From positions 14,094,423 through 14,158,422 of the forward strand of contig JAHRHZ010000031.1 in assembly GCA_024137785.1 (NCBI GenBank): 64,000 nucleotides of DNA. The letters run 5' to 3'. Below, in pieces: positions 45,706 through 60,279 of this stretch. The DNA comes from Ginglymostoma cirratum. Lineage: Eukaryota. A model generated the notes under the pieces. The model made no database searches, had not been told where the DNA came from, and was given only the letters and a program-made list of their open reading frames with translations. Every line of letters begins with the position of its first letter. Position 1 is the stretch's first letter. The position numbers and the translations under genes were made by a program.

Positions 45706-48588
45706 CTCAGCAGACCCTGCAGCAGCCTTCAATCTGCCGAACCCCATTCCAAAATGGACCTTTAGCCCGAGGCAGGTGCACACGGCTGGAAAATATCCTG
45801 CCATGAGCCACCACCTCCAAGATTGAAATCCAGGCTGTGGGACAACATTTCTGGGTTTTCATAAGAATGATTTTGACACCATCGCTGGGAAGGAGGGGCT
45901 CACATAGTTAGTTCCCAGAAAGCTGGGCATGGATTTGGGAGAGGTCAACACGTTCAGAATTTGAAGGGCTGAAGGGAGGAATGTAAAGACAATTTAGAAA
46001 CGGGGTTCAATAACTCACACTTTTGTGAATCAACTCCACTTGCAAGTGGTTTCCTGAATGGTGTTGACTTGGTTAGGAGGCATCAAATGCCTGGTGCTCC
46101 GTAGCTTCAAAACAAACCCCAGATCCTGCCAAACAGTGGAGCTATCAATTTTCAGAGTAATTTTCTGTCAACCAATTGATTTCGTCATAGACTGTACAGA
46201 TTTTTTTTTTGTTGACGGCAGTTTTAGCTCCCAATACGTAGGTATTCCACTTCTGCGTGTAATGATCTTGTGGTGCATGCAGAATTCTACCAATCCAACA
46301 CCCAGCTATAAGTTTGCAAATACGAACCAAACGGAAACACCATTGTTTCCACGAGCATTTCAAATATAGAAAGTAAAAATAGTTGGCAGAAATTCTAAGA
46401 CAGTGTTCTGAGTTTCCACTTTATCAGCGATGTTGCTACAACTCATATCCCAGGAACATCAAGAAGCACAAGGAAAACTAATCAGTTTCAGCTGATTGAA
46501 CTGTGAAATTTTCTAGTTCTGGAGCAGCGTCCATTTATTCCAGGTTCTATCAAATAGTCAATAGAACCTCCCTCAGAAAGGAGGAGAGATCCAATTAAAA
46601 TCAAACATCATAGAGGTTTCAGGGTCAGTCTTGCCTACGTCCACGTAGAGGTTCTTGCCATGCACTCTGTGGTACCTAACGCTTTCTCTAGGAATGTAAG
46701 TGAATTCAAAGGCCCTGATGTACAGCGGCAGTGATGACAAGGCAATGCTACTGCCAATGACCCCAGGTCAATTTTCACTTGTTTAAATATCAAATGGTCG
46801 ACCAGGAATACACCTACAGGAATAAATCGTTTGAGGTGACATTAAAATGATTCGTTCTAGGATTTCTAAAACAATCAACGGCAGAAAAATCCTACAGACA
46901 GTAGGGGAGTAGGATATTTATTCCTGTGAGTTTTAGCAAAATCTTTAACCATGATAATTTCTTGCCAAAGTGGTTTCTCAAGTTTTCAGAACAGTTTCCA
47001 GACCTGGCAGTTTGCAAGGAAGGATTCAAACAAATAGTGACAAAAGGAAGCAAGCCCAGAGCTGTATGGATGTCCACCTGGAATACTACAGAAAAAGCTA
47101 GTTGCTGGGTTTGCGAAGAGGACTTCGCTGAAACAAGAACAAAACTGCTGGTTGTGGAGCTGAACTGCACCTTACTCTCTCCTAGGAGTGGCCTTGTGCC
47201 TCTATAACTGTAATGATATGACAAGGATAACTAAGACAAGATAGTTATAAACTTCTCCTCTCAACTTTGGCCACTAAAATGCTATGGTAAATCCTAATTT
47301 ACAGCACTTCATGGTTCAACAGTTGACTTTTTAATGTTTGTTTCATCAGCACACATTCACACATGCTGCCCTTACATGTCCAGTCTCTGACAGTATCTAG
47401 TTCATCGAACACATGTCAATACCTGTTCTATTAGCTGCTAACTGAGAGGTTTCCTTCAGTTTTATACCATCATGTACTGCTGATAACAGTGTTCCACTCA
47501 AACCTGGCACACACAAGGTCAGGAGAGGTGGCTCAGTGTGGTCTCACTACCTTCTGTTTGTTTCCTCCTTCTCCAACCAGGAGGTAAATTAGGAAAATTG
47601 GTGCTATTCAACAGTACGTAGCTGGGAGTCAGTAATATCCCGGTGACCACCAAGTTTCAAAAATTTGAAGGGAAATTTAGCAGCTTTCAAGCACAAAAAG
47701 AAATCCTAAAATATACAGACTCACATTAAAAAAAAGGAAATAAATCTGCCATTTTAAATAGATTACTTCCACCAAATGGCTTAGCTCATGAGAAGGTTGC
47801 ACCTCATATACCTGTGCATTACACTGGTGGAAACAACTCTTTATGGGGGCCTTATTGATATGAAGTTTATCCCCTTACACCATGCCTATAATTGCCAATG
47901 TAATGAAAGACCCATAGAGGTTTTACATTGGAGCATTCCCAATAGCAATTCCCCAAAAACACATAGTTCGATAAAAAAAAAAATACTGGCATGACATTGG
48001 TGGAAATGAGTTTCACTCAGAAATCCCAACTTCTAGATGCTGACATGTATCGGAAACCTCTTTCAACTCACCAAAAACTGCATGAATACTTAGTTCTATA
48101 TTTGGGCTCTTGTAACAGTTTTCAACTTCACTTTGCATTTTGTTATTCTACACTGGCTGCAAAGCAGAAATGTCTTGGAGCTGGTCTCCCAAATTTTATC
48201 GCATTGCACTTTTGGAGATTACACACTCAAAGTTGCAGATCATCAATGCTGACGGTTGAGAACAAAGCAATGGAATCTAAAATCGCATGCCTACCCACTT
48301 GCCAGCTAATACTCAAGAAAATAAGGTCCAGGTCTTACTTTCAGGAGTTTCTGAACTAGGCACCATCACCATAGAATACTAGCTTCGCATTACAAGTATG
48401 AGATGCGCACTTCAAATGTAAACACTGGGTCAAAATGATCATCCAGTAAGGCAGTGCACTCACGCTCAGCATTCTTTTTGCCAAACCTAGTCCTTTGCTG
48501 TAAACCCAGAACTGTGTTTGTCAGGTATACTTGGAACGCCAACACAAAGATAGTTCTGAAATGAGGAACTACAGCTTGTTGTTCATAC

Positions 48589-48745
48589 CATTCCACTGAT
48601 GCAGCGTCCACACACAGTGGTCTTGAACTCGCCATGAATTTCCTTTACAGCGCTTGTGGTGTAAAACCCTTCTGCCAGAAGGATTATTCCATAGAGGAAG
48701 AAGAATGAAGCAATTCCATAGATGACATACTGCATCATCTGGATT
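48589..48745 (-). CDS. GPM6B: GPM6B (M6b/DM-gamma) exon encoding TM2 and the cytoplasmic loop
   Basis: ctcttcag| ... |gtatga on minus; 157 bp: [52 protein letters not shown], nearly identical to vertebrate M6b. Confidence 0.97.
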
Positions 48746-49039
48746 CTGAAGAGAGACAAAGAGGTAAATGTCACATATTGCAGCGCAGACATTTTCCAAG
48801 CTGTACATCTGGAAGAAAAATAAATAGGCTTTCACGTCAAACTTCACTTTTTAACTGATGAGTAAAAATAAGAGTTAAAAAGAAAGCAAATTGGCAAAAT
48901 TAGAGGCAACTTTGATTATTGATTCAATAAGTGAGTGATGCCAGAAAACTGAAATCATAAATGTTGGAAGATACACTCTCCAATGTGTGCCGAAGTCATA
49001 GCTAAGTTGGAGAAAACTACGAAGCAAGTGGTTAATACA

Positions 49040-49240
49040 CTGAAAACAAGAAGTGCTGGAAGTCACAGCAGGTCAGACAGCATCTGTGGAGACAGAGCAA
49101 GCTCATGTTTCAGGTCTGGATGACTCTTCATCTAGGCTCAAAACGTTAGCTTGCTCTCTCCATGAATACTGCCTGACCCACTATGATCTCCTGCATTTTT
49201 GTTTTCAGTACAGATTCCAGATCTGCAGTAATTTGCTCCT
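49040..49240. mobile_element. Penelope inverted terminal-repeat insertion with about 14-bp TSD
   Basis: Arms 49040-49110 and 49140-49209 are inverted; aagtggttaataca (49026-49039) vs aaatggttaatgca (49241-49254). Confidence 0.78.
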
Positions 49241-51884
49241 AAATGGTTAATGCATTTGTCTTAGACTCTCTTTGATAGGCACACGTTTGGAATCAGTGGG
49301 TTATAATTCTCCACTAAAATGACAAAAACAAACATTGAAACAATCTATTAACCGTTAATAAAGTAGTACCATGGAATTTCTGAACCAAGTTCCAGGTTTT
49401 TCACTTGTTTTGCTCCCTACTCTTTAAAATACAGCTCAAATTATTAAATGGATAGCATCACAAAAAGAAGTGAGAGGATTTACATGGGTAGTGCTATCCT
49501 CCTTCCTATCCCCTGTTACAAAACTTAACATGACATCCAAAACAGCAGCACTTCAAGGCATTTTCCTACACACTGGGGAGCATCACATTTTTAGCAGTGG
49601 GCTGGAGATGATTAATACAAAAAGCATAATGAAGTGAGAAACCCTCCATGGAATGTGGAGGAGACAGTCTGGATGAGAATTAAATTACTTAACATCTCAC
49701 AATTTTTCAAAACAGAACATCTTTGATTTTCAAAATCATCCTTTTCTCTTCAAATTGCTTGTAGATGACAAAATTTTACATTTTATAGAGCCTTCCTTTC
49801 TCTCTCCATCCAGTGTCTTCATTGTCTGAGGATTGCTAAACAGGACAGATACCATGTTATCACCATGAGACAGGACACAAGAACTATCTCAGCTGTTACA
49901 GGAATTAAACCCAACCTGTTAGTGGCATTCTGTATGACACTCTTAACCATCTAGACATCGGAGCTAAAAAATCTCTTCCCGTAGTACCTTCAACGTAGTA
50001 AAATGCCCCACGCAATCAAACCAAAAATTACCATTGAGCCAAATGAGGAGTCATTAGTGACTAGTACTGCAGACCACCTTGACTTGCTGCTGTTATCTTT
50101 GTCGCTACAGGCCATCCCCTTGAAACCAGGGACATATCAATAGAATTCACAGCGTGCAAACTGGAACAAACTGAATAACAGGAGATTGCTCAATGTCTCA
50201 GTGGGATCATTAGAAAGAAATATATATTACGTTTTGTTTCTCTTTCATTCCAAATCAAAACATCACAAGATGTGGAAACGATTGAGCTACAACCTTTTTA
50301 AAAATAGCTCCATTTTCCATTGTGTCCCTTCTTTCAAAGTAGAACTCTTCAGCCATGTCAGCAGTGTATGTACAGACAACTGGAGCAGTCATATGTAGAA
50401 AAACAACGTTCTATGAGCAAGACTGAATGTTTTTGTAAGCACTCAAGTTCTCTGACAAATGGTGAACTGCTGATCTGCAGGGTAATTAGATAGAGGCGTA
50501 GCTTGATATCCAAAGGCTTTTATGTTCTGAAGAAAATTGCACCTTTAACCAACTTCCCTGCAGTCCAAATTGCAACTCACATCGCCTTAAAATAAAAATC
50601 TCCAGAAATAGCCAGGGATCCACAAAATGCCAAATAAATTCCTCCTGTTCCGCTAAACTGCTTCCATAACTAACTGTTTAAAAATCTACAACAATGAGGT
50701 CTGTCCAATCCAGATCCCAATGTGCAAAGAACTACAGCAAAGCAGACTCTGAATGGGATAAAAACACACCCAAATGTGGTTCTGGGAGGAATGTGAAAGT
50801 AAGGCAAGCCCAAACCAGGAGGCTGAAGCCTGGCTGGATTACATTCTAAACCGCCTGTCTTGAGTAGCCCTCAAGAGGCAGAAGAGGAGGATGGAAGGAG
50901 GCTGCCCATTTCTGAGCTGGCAATATCTTTTCAGAGGGCAGGGGCAGCACGAGGAGCACTCCCATCTATAGCAGAAACATTCATGTGTGCCATAGCACAA
51001 GGGCCTCCTGAATTTCCTCAGGAGCGGAGCCAGCCCTCTGGAGAAAATCCGGTAAAAGAGCAGGAGCAACTCCCTGGAAAATGGCGCCAGACTAGTTTTG
51101 CCACTTTGAGGATTTTCTAGAGAAAAATCTATTGGAGGACGCCCAGGTGTAAGGGTTCTCCGGATATGAAGAGCCCACGGTTCCAGTTCAGCCTTACACA
51201 ATCCGCCAAGCCAGACAATGTCTCCAATTTCCACACGGACCAAGGTTAAGAGGTTCCAGGGAACAGCACAGCCTGGAGTTCAGACCTGACAATCGAATTA
51301 TCCCTTGCGCAAACCAAGGGATGGCTGACTGTCTTGGGACTTCTCAGCTGTGTGGAGCAGGCAGACTTCATAAATGTTACCAACCTGTCAAACTGTTGCC
51401 CTCTCCTCTTCTCTTGCCACCACCCAACCCCACTCCCCCACCCCCCACCAATCTAAGTTTCCACTCCTGTTCTGCCAAATATTGGCTCCCACCACCAGAA
51501 TGCAGCTGCACTCCCACTCCCAGGACCACAAGTTCCTGCACTGTTCTCAGGTTTATTGGGACCTCGGACTGTGTTCACTGCTTTAACCCCAAATCCAGAT
51601 TTACCGAGGCCTCAGAAATCCATAACATATTGGGAACGTTCCTACTTTCAGCTTAGGAGGGAATCATTCAGAAAAGCTACAGTTTAGACAGAGCTGGAAT
51701 ATGACAAATTCTAATTTTGTCAGTGCAGTTTCCAGGGAAGGAGCTGTAGGTTACTAGACAAGCTAATCCCAGTACTACAGATTCCCCGTTTACAGATGTC
51801 TGATCACAACTGGCATTCCTGCTTGTTGTATATCCCCAGTTTTAAATAAGGAATTAAGATTCAATAAACTAAATTTCTTCTTAA

Positions 51885-52220
51885 GTGTTCATGGGAATGT
51901 GGGTGCCACTGGTTAGAACAGCATTCGTTACCGATTCTAATTGCCCTGAGGGGACTTAACAGTGAATCATATAACTGAGTCTAGAGTCACATGTAGGCCA
52001 GACCACACGAGGACAGCGGATTTCCTTCTCGAAAGGAAATGAATGAAGCCAGTGGGTTTTTATAACAATCAACGTGGTTACATGGTCACCATTAAACTGG
52101 CTTTTACTTCCAGACATCTTTTTTTGAAAAATTGAATTCAAATTTCATCATCTGCCATGGTGACTGCGAATACATGTCACCAGAACATTGTTCTGGGCTC
52201 TGGATTACTCGTCCGGTGAC
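51885..52220 (-). mobile_element. SINE family B copy
   Basis: tctagagtcacatgtaggccagacc core and ccatctgccatgg-like segment. Confidence 0.8.
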
Positions 52221-55200
52221 CCTCGAGCTCAGACATTATACACTTAGCTTGACAAGCCCACTTGTGTATGGTTTTCAGGGTTTGCTGGGCAGTTGGTAGA
52301 ATGTGATCACCAAAAGATCATCCAGGATTACAGAATGCCTTTTAATAAAAAAAAATGAAATTTGACTTATTCAGCCCACTATAAATCAGCAGCCTTGATG
52401 TTCCTCCCAACATGGTGCAAACACGGAACAGCCAATCCTCTGACTCACTACGGGTAATGCCACAGGAGATCTGCTTCTTTAGTCAGAATAAATAACGGCT
52501 CAGGGTCTGTTGTCAAGCAGCATTTCCATTCAACATGGGGCACAGCAGGAAGCCACCACACTGACTAATCCTAAATTAGGGCTTTTCAGGGATAATGTCA
52601 CACTAAGAGACGGTGCCAGACAGGTTTTACATACTTACACATCAGTCAGCAAGGCATGGTCACTTGAGTTGAGAGAGAAGTATAGGGACACAATCCTTTC
52701 CACCTTGGTTAGAGCCACATGGCCACAGCCGCAGAACAGCGATACGCCAGAGAAACACAGAATTGTTGCCAGCAGCGACGCATACGGAACTCCTCCAAGG
52801 CACTTAATACAGCACTCAAAACAACCTGAGGGCAGAAGAGAGCACAGCTGTAAATGGGAAGCTCCTGCATAACTAGAAACACTTCTCCAGTCAAAAACAT
52901 ACCCGCATTTCTCTAGGGAGCAGCTAATTGCCCAGAAGTAAGAAGGTACAGAACATATTGTACAAACACTTTCATTCAGACCGGAACTGTACTATTCAAT
53001 GCATCTGATCATAAATCATCTGCTTTTAAGCAGTTGACATAAAGCATTGGAAGCAAAATTCCTTAGCGTACCAACAGCAATAGCATCGTTGCAGATGTTC
53101 CGAAGATGATCCATTTTCTATTTAAACTTTATTTCCAACAAACTGAAAAGAATACTGGAACATGTATTTGACTAGGCCAATTGGCCCTGGAGCTTGCTTT
53201 GCCATTCAGTTGGATTGAGACTGATCTATAATCACCACATCATCTCCCTGCTTGAACTCTATGTTCCACCTTTCCACCCTCACCTAAGAAAAATGGATCA
53301 TTCTCAGTCTTTAAAGAACTTAGGTCTGGTGAAGATCAGAAGAATCCCATGAGGCCTACAGTATAATGTCATGTTCCTGGCAGAGAGTACTATGATTTTC
53401 TAACCATGAATTTTAAAGGATGGGGCATCACCACAATTTCTTTAGACAATCCCTGTCGTGACCTGTGCCACTGTGGGACACAGGTTGTGAAACATCACAA
53501 GAGCTACTAGATGACCTTTTGCCCCAGTGACGGTGAAGCATCTTGCTGTATAAATTGACAGCCAGGCTGCTGGCCCCGACCAGGATGAGCTAATGCACAT
53601 AGTTTCCATTTCTCCAGAGTGGCGGATCCTGATTCCAAATGTAGGTTGAGACTAGAAATGTCACAATCCTGAAAACCCTGAGGGAGGATTTGAATAGGGC
53701 CACAGGGGCTTTTAGATTATTATTTAAAGAGCAATTTGGCGGCACGCATTTGAGATAGAACCAGCTGAAGTTACCAAATTCTACAGTGTGGAGGGTGCCA
53801 CAGATGTACCCTCGAACTCCTGGTAGGTCATTCATTGGAGACCCTCCTGGAACCCTCTAAACTCCAGTGATGTCAGTGGTCATGATCAAGGGTGTGCACA
53901 AACGTAATCCAAGTGTCAACCTCACCACTCCATTTGTTAAAAAAGTGTTGCATCTTCCCCTATGAAGCCGATTGAATGCACGAGGCAAATTGATGACTTT
54001 ATTATGTTAAACATCTCTTCCATCTAGCGTAACCCTGGACAATAGATGACTGGCAATCCAGGAGCTGGAAAACCCTGGTTTGAGAATTTATTAGATACTA
54101 TATAATTTTGGTGCACTCCTTAGGAATTTTCAATGGATCGACATATACCTACATAGATACAGACAGTTATTGTTTTTGAAGTCAGTCCATGGGCAGACCA
54201 AACTGCCATCCTGGGATATGGTGTTGAGGTGTTGGGATTGTATCTGCCATCCTACACAGACAGAATATCAATCTTAGCCACTGATGTCATGTCAAGGAAG
54301 CAGGCTCCTCAGGGATGGGACAAATGGGAACTGAAGAATATTTTACCTCAGTTCACATTTGTATCCCTCCCTGACACCAACATTAACGCAGTATATCTTA
54401 GCAGCTGGAAGCACACATCCTTCCAACTAAAAATAATGCATGATACAGTGAGTTTCAAAAAAATAGGCAGACTCAAAATTAAAGCCATTTTTCTGTGTTC
54501 AAGGACATCTTATAGCCAGCTCCCTGGAACAGGCCAGATGTGCAGTGACTTGTGGACAGGATAAAGCAAGACAAGCATTAAAATATTTTCCTGCAGCATA
54601 GATTCCTTCTATTCTGCACGTTTGTCACAACTGGTACGGGACAGGTACAATCTCTGTCAACATCGTTGCACGATTGCAATCAGAACCATTGGTCATTCTG
54701 TTTTGGGAGTTCTCTGTTCTGCTACTTACTTCAGGGTAAATTTGTTTCTGCCAAAGTCTTTCAGGATAGGGATCTGTCTGTAGGGCCTAGACTCTAAGAA
54801 GAGGCTGTCCTCTTAAATAAGATGTAGTATATTGCACGCTAGCACATATGGACAAATTACAATTAAGTGATAGACAATGTTGCAGAGGCTATGAGGAAGA
54901 CCCAAATGGTACATCCTTCTCCTTCAAAATCCTCAGGTGTTCTCCCACCAAACCTGGGCCATCATGAATAGATGGCACTCCTCAGCATTAGCCCTTTCAG
55001 ATCCTTATACAACAAGTGCTAGATTGAAGTCACTGTGGCTTAGTCAATGTGAAAAACAGCCAAATAATGCAGTGAGGTTACAACTAGTCAGAAACAGTTG
55101 CGATTATAAATGTTGTATGCCAATTGTTACAGGGCAAACAGAGTGTCTGAATAATGGAGTTAGATTTGGACAGAAAACAACACATACATTGAAAATGGAT

Positions 55201-55249
55201 GACCTTGCAAAAACCATTTCAGAGCACTGCAGGTGTTGGTAATGTTAAA

Positions 55250-55407
55250 TAGAAATGGAAAATGCTGGAAATATTCAGGCAGCCCGGCAGCATTTGTGAC
55301 AGTAAACAGAGTTAGAGTTCCAGGTCTGTAGAAAGGTGGTAAACCCGAACGTTAACTCCATTTCTCTCTCTTTAGTTGCTGTCAGACTTGTTGAGCATTT
55401 CCAGTTT
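55250..55407. mobile_element. Older Penelope inverted terminal-repeat insertion
   Basis: aaatgctggaaatattcaggcag...gagttag inverted against cccgaacgttaactc...ttgagcatttccag. Confidence 0.6.
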
Positions 55408-55683
55408 ACATATTTGTACAGAAATCTGTATTGAGATATCTGGATATACATTCAGTACAATCTCCTCCAAACAGGAGCCAAAATCTCAGCATTAAAAGCA
55501 GCAACTTTTTTCTGGAGTCCATATTACTCAACATTAATACAGAACACATTTACATTCTGACAGATTTCAAAAATGCAATTAAACTAATGAGATTGTGTTT
55601 ATTACCAACATCTCTAATATACTAGCATTTGTAATCAGCTCCCAGATCTATAATTGCTCCCATTCATAACAAATTCAACATCT

Positions 55684-55739
55684 GTAACAATTCCCAAAAT
55701 GCAGAACCAAATTCCAAAATCTGTCATCCACTCAAACAG
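55684..55739 (+). repeat. 56-bp dispersed direct repeat, copy 1
   Basis: 54/56 identical to 59578-59633. Confidence 0.95.
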
Positions 55740-56619
55740 GCAATTTAAAAAGCTGAATTATCTGTTTCTCTAGATTCCAAAAAGATCATCACTCCCTTCT
55801 CCCCCATAAACGATTTAGCTATTGGGGAATGGAGTGAAGCTCTGAAAGGGCCAATGCTGAAGAATACATTAGGCACTGCCCAATATGAAGACGTCACAAA
55901 GACTCATGGAGGGGTGGGAAAAGAACTTCAGGCTTCCATGTACTAAGATGTAACGTGTCCCCCATTGTCTCAGTATTCCTCAGTAGTTTATCACATCACT
56001 ATAACGTGCACCTGGCTGTTAAATTACATCTTGTTAGACCACCAGGTAGTTTTCCTCTGCCACACCAAATCAACCAGATCCAGTAGTTTCCTGCCAACAA
56101 AGAGGAGGACAGCAACAGATCTACCAGATGGATTTTATCCAACAATGAGCTGTGGCGAAAATCCATCTTACAACATTAACCTTGACTCACTTCCACATGA
56201 TCGCTTTCCAAATTCTGTTTCTAGGTTATGCCTGGGAGCTGTTTATCTAATCAACAATAAAAATAATTGTTTCTCTTCTTGCATGTTTCCCTACAAAAAA
56301 TGTTTTGTAACTGTAATGGAAGACAACTGTGATAAAGCTGATCGCCAAGCCTGATAACGACAAAGGAAATCACACCAGTCATGACAGGAGAACCACTGAA
56401 TGCTCTCTAATTACTATTACTGGTAAATACAGTATACAAGCTGATGAGTTTCTATATTGGTTATCACATTAACATCGTACCATACATTCTGTAAAACTCA
56501 ATTTTAAACAGGGAATATCAAATTAAATCCTTTCAGATTTGTTTGTGGATTAATACAAATAAGAGAATACATTCTAACTGGCAAATGTGCAACAGATCTC
56601 AAGCGATATATGTTGTTAC

Positions 56620-56886
56620 AAGAGTACTGCACAGTCTAAGATGTCATCTTTGATTCAAGAGGTCCCACAGCAACTATTCGAGGAAGAATAAAGGTTTTCT
56701 CCCCGGTGTTCTGGCCAGTGTGTATCGTCTCCAACAATGCCTTACACAAAACAATAACCTGACCATTTATATCATCTGTGGGGTCTTGCTGTGATCAATT
56801 GACTGCCGTATTTTGTTCATTCTCACCGTGACTGCACCGTGGGCTTTTCTGAAGTTATGAAATGTTCAACGTAAACACATGTTCTC
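56620..56886 (+). mobile_element. Degraded SacSINE1-like Deu-SINE
   Basis: tccca.agcaactattcgaggaaga...ctccccggtgttctggcca Deu-domain-like core. Confidence 0.65.
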
Positions 56887-57809
56887 GGTATGACGACGCT
56901 GTACATGTTTCTGTACAATGTATGCAGCTAGTTGTAAGTTTACCACTAATGTGAAATACCGAATTAATGACAACCATACCTAGTCATGCTACTAGAACGA
57001 AGTCACCCAGCTATCCAATATTGTGCAGTCTCTGAACAGCAAGAACTTGAGTTTGAAGAAAGTAGTTCTCCTGTCCATTCTTTCTAGGAACTGGATTAAG
57101 AAGACACCCCAAGAACATCTCATTTAACCCACTGAAAATAGGTCCTAAATTTAGAAGACCAATGTCTAGCCTACTCCATCAATCAGTCTGACAAAAGGAG
57201 AAGTCTTCTCAAAAAGAACTTCATCTTGTCAGTGGAGGAGTTACAGTGACCAAAAAGGTCTCTGTTTTAAGCTTCAGGTCCTGGCCAGGCCAGAGACGAC
57301 AGCAATAGAGTAGGCCATTGTACCTCTGAGCAAGGAAGCTGTTAACATGGAATGGGCACAGTCAAACATATGGTAGTGCTAAACATTATAAGTTGGCACT
57401 TGGATTCCACTGAGCAGGGATAGACGCTGCATTGATCCCATGACAGCTAGCTTCTGAATGAATTTCTGCTTGCTGTGGAAGTCTCAAACCAAGGCCATCA
57501 CACTCAGCTTTCAGACAGAATGGAAACAGAGAGAAGATTTGTGACCGCACACTTGAGATCTCTGGCAACTCTTAGTAGCTGTTTTGACGGCAGATTGTGT
57601 GCCTTCATTATGGCAAGAGAGCAGGTGGCCAAAAATACAGGGAATGAGAGAAATTAGAAACCAGGAGGAGAAACTTTCTCAAACATGCGCATAAAAATAA
57701 AAACATGACTGTCACTTTGTGCCCTCTGCTAGAAAACATAAACCTCTGGGGATTGAATGTGGAGTTGGAAAAATAAACTGCAAGTGAAACAGACCGAATC
57801 AGTCCAATG

Positions 57810-57846
<37 letters not shown>

Positions 57847-57984
57847 TGTGTGTGTGAGAGAGAGAGAGAGTGAGAGTGAGTGTGTGAGAGAGAGACTGTG
57901 TGCGTGCGTGTCTGCACGCGTGTGAGCATGTATGTGTATGTGTATGCGTGTGTGAGAGAGTGCAAGAGGGAGGGAGGAGGAGGA
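57810..57984. repeat. Compound (TG)n/(GA)n microsatellite
   Basis: Seen directly. Confidence 0.95.
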
Positions 57985-59577
57985 GTATTACAAAAATGAC
58001 TAAATGGCTGAGAAGTACCTGTGAATGCCAATAGACACTTATTTTAATCGTGCTGGAATAGAGCCTTGCCCGCTAGTAGTGCCATTCGAAAAGTCTGGAT
58101 CGACATCTCCAATGATTTTCCAAACGTTGGCTTGAAATTCACAGCAAATAGGAGTCCAAATTAGTCGGCCATGCAGACAAAGTCAGAAAATGATTTCTCA
58201 CAGATAACCCACACAAGAATATTCTAATGACACCACAACACAATTCGATATAAACTGCCATCACCCTGCAGTGCTTTGCAAACTGTTCCTCCTTTTGTTT
58301 GCCTATCAAACACTTTTCCAACAAAGACAGTGGCCCCTTTAAATCCTTGGGGGGAACAGATGTACAGGATTCCTTGAACGATTGTGCTGTGGTTGCAGGA
58401 TTCCTATGGACACAATTGACCGTAACAATGAGGCTACAGCACTCTGAACGAACGGGGAGTTAAAAGCAGACTTGAAGGGAAACTCCGGCATTGCTTTTTG
58501 CTTATTCCCATGGCCTTCTGATCTCTCACAATAATCCAGGCGCCAGAACTGAACAAATCCCCAGCTCCTTCCAAGGAATGCAGGACCGTACTTTTTTTTT
58601 AAAAACGTGCCACTGTTTTCAACACTGGGAAACAAAAGACTGAAAGTGAGGGTCTGCTGGCACACAGAGTTTACACCATCAAAGTGAAGTACTGTAAAGG
58701 GCAATTGAAACCAGGGAATCTGAATTATCCAAACAAGCTGGTTTACAGCTTATTCAATGTAGTTCGGAAAGTTAAGTACAGGGTGTAACTAGGGTGGCTT
58801 TTCAGAAATTGCCAAACCTGTCCAGTATATCATTTTGAACAAATGAAGTGAACGAATGTACAAACCAAAAGAATAGTATAGGTCAGAAAGTAGGAAAACA
58901 TGAGATCTGGGACAAGAATGGCCTAAACTTGGTAGAATCTTCTCTGCCCGTCAAAAGCATTTGAAGTAAAATAAACTGCACAAATAATGGCATGATAATG
59001 AATATTTGTCAAGATAGATTTTCGCGATACAGGAAGGATGTTGTGGAATTTTAGGAAAGCAGTTGCGTTGCAGGGCAGTTTTGCTCAGAATGGTTGAGTA
59101 CTGCTTTTATGAACTGCTTCTTTTCTGATTTATTTCTTTTAGATTTGCGTTGTGAAGCTAAAATTACAGCCCAACTCTTGTGAGAAACAACACAAAATCT
59201 ATCTCGGTTCATCATGACCCTGCAATTTTCCTTCCTTTTCAGTCAAACAGGGGATTTCCAAGATTACTCAATCCAGTGGTCTGAGAATACACATGGGATC
59301 TAGTGCAGGGAATTCATTACATCAGAAAATGAAAGGGAGCTATGCAGGTATGTTGTTACAGATGTTGCGTAGGTTACGAATGACTGCTCGACGTTCAGTA
59401 TAGTAACAGGAAAGGATATGGGCTTACACCCGAGATTTCATCACAAAGTAATTTTGTTCAGACGTTGGGAGCCTGAGTGACAAAGAGGTAGGGTTGAGCT
59501 TGGAGAGAGCAAGAAGAGTGGAAATAAGCAAAAGGAAGACATGTGTTCCAGGCTAAAGCAGGCAGGGGAGTTTTGCA

Positions 59578-59633
59578 GTAACAATTCCCAAAATGCAGGA
59601 CCAATTTCCAAAATCTGTCATCCACTCAAACAG
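59578..59633 (+). repeat. 56-bp dispersed direct repeat, copy 2
   Basis: 54/56 identical to 55684-55739. Confidence 0.95.
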
Positions 59634-60158
59634 TCCAAGATCATGAAGTTCAGAGGTCATTGAGCCCAATCAGCTTGGGCCTGCAGGTCTTTGTAAAAAC
59701 TATTCAATTAATGACTAGCCTCACTTTTCTGCTCTTTTCTGTTTGGCAACAATTTGTTGATCATTCGAGTATTATACAGTTCCCTTTTTCATATGGCTGT
59801 TGGATGTGGTTCTATAACTCCTGCAGGCAACACATCTTCTCATCTTAACCTACATTAATCAAAATGATTATTCTACAAACGGATGGTGAGGCAGTGATGC
59901 TCTCCTGATTTAGTTCTGTTAAATGATGTACATTAAAACTTTACTTTTCTGACAGATCTTTTGTGTGTTTCCAGTCTTTTCTGTTCTCAATGCAGATTTC
60001 CACCTTATTCCATTGTTATCAATTTTACTGGTAAGAGTCAATTTATTTTGCCAGTATCCCTTCTCCTCCCTTCCTCTTATCCCCTTGAGCCCCTCCTGAC
60101 TCCATGCAGGAGTCACATTGAGAACTGGTAAAAATCACCCAACACTTCCCTGCCTGAG

Positions 60159-60279
60159 ATCATAGGTACTGCAGATGCTGGAGAATCCGAGATAACAAGG
60201 TGTGGAGCTGGATGAACACAGCAGGCCAAGCAGATGCTCCTATGATGCTGCTTGGCCTGCTGTGTTCATCCAGCTCCAC
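60159..60279. mobile_element. Young Penelope inverted terminal-repeat mini-insertion with perfect 16-bp TSD
   Basis: gtggagctggatgaacacagcaggccaagcag is perfectly inverted; cacttccctgcctgag at 60143-60158 and 60277-60292. Confidence 0.85.

Noticed and set aside
57729-58031. His/Thr-rich ORFs here and at 60441-60765
   Set aside because: These are translations of microsatellites.
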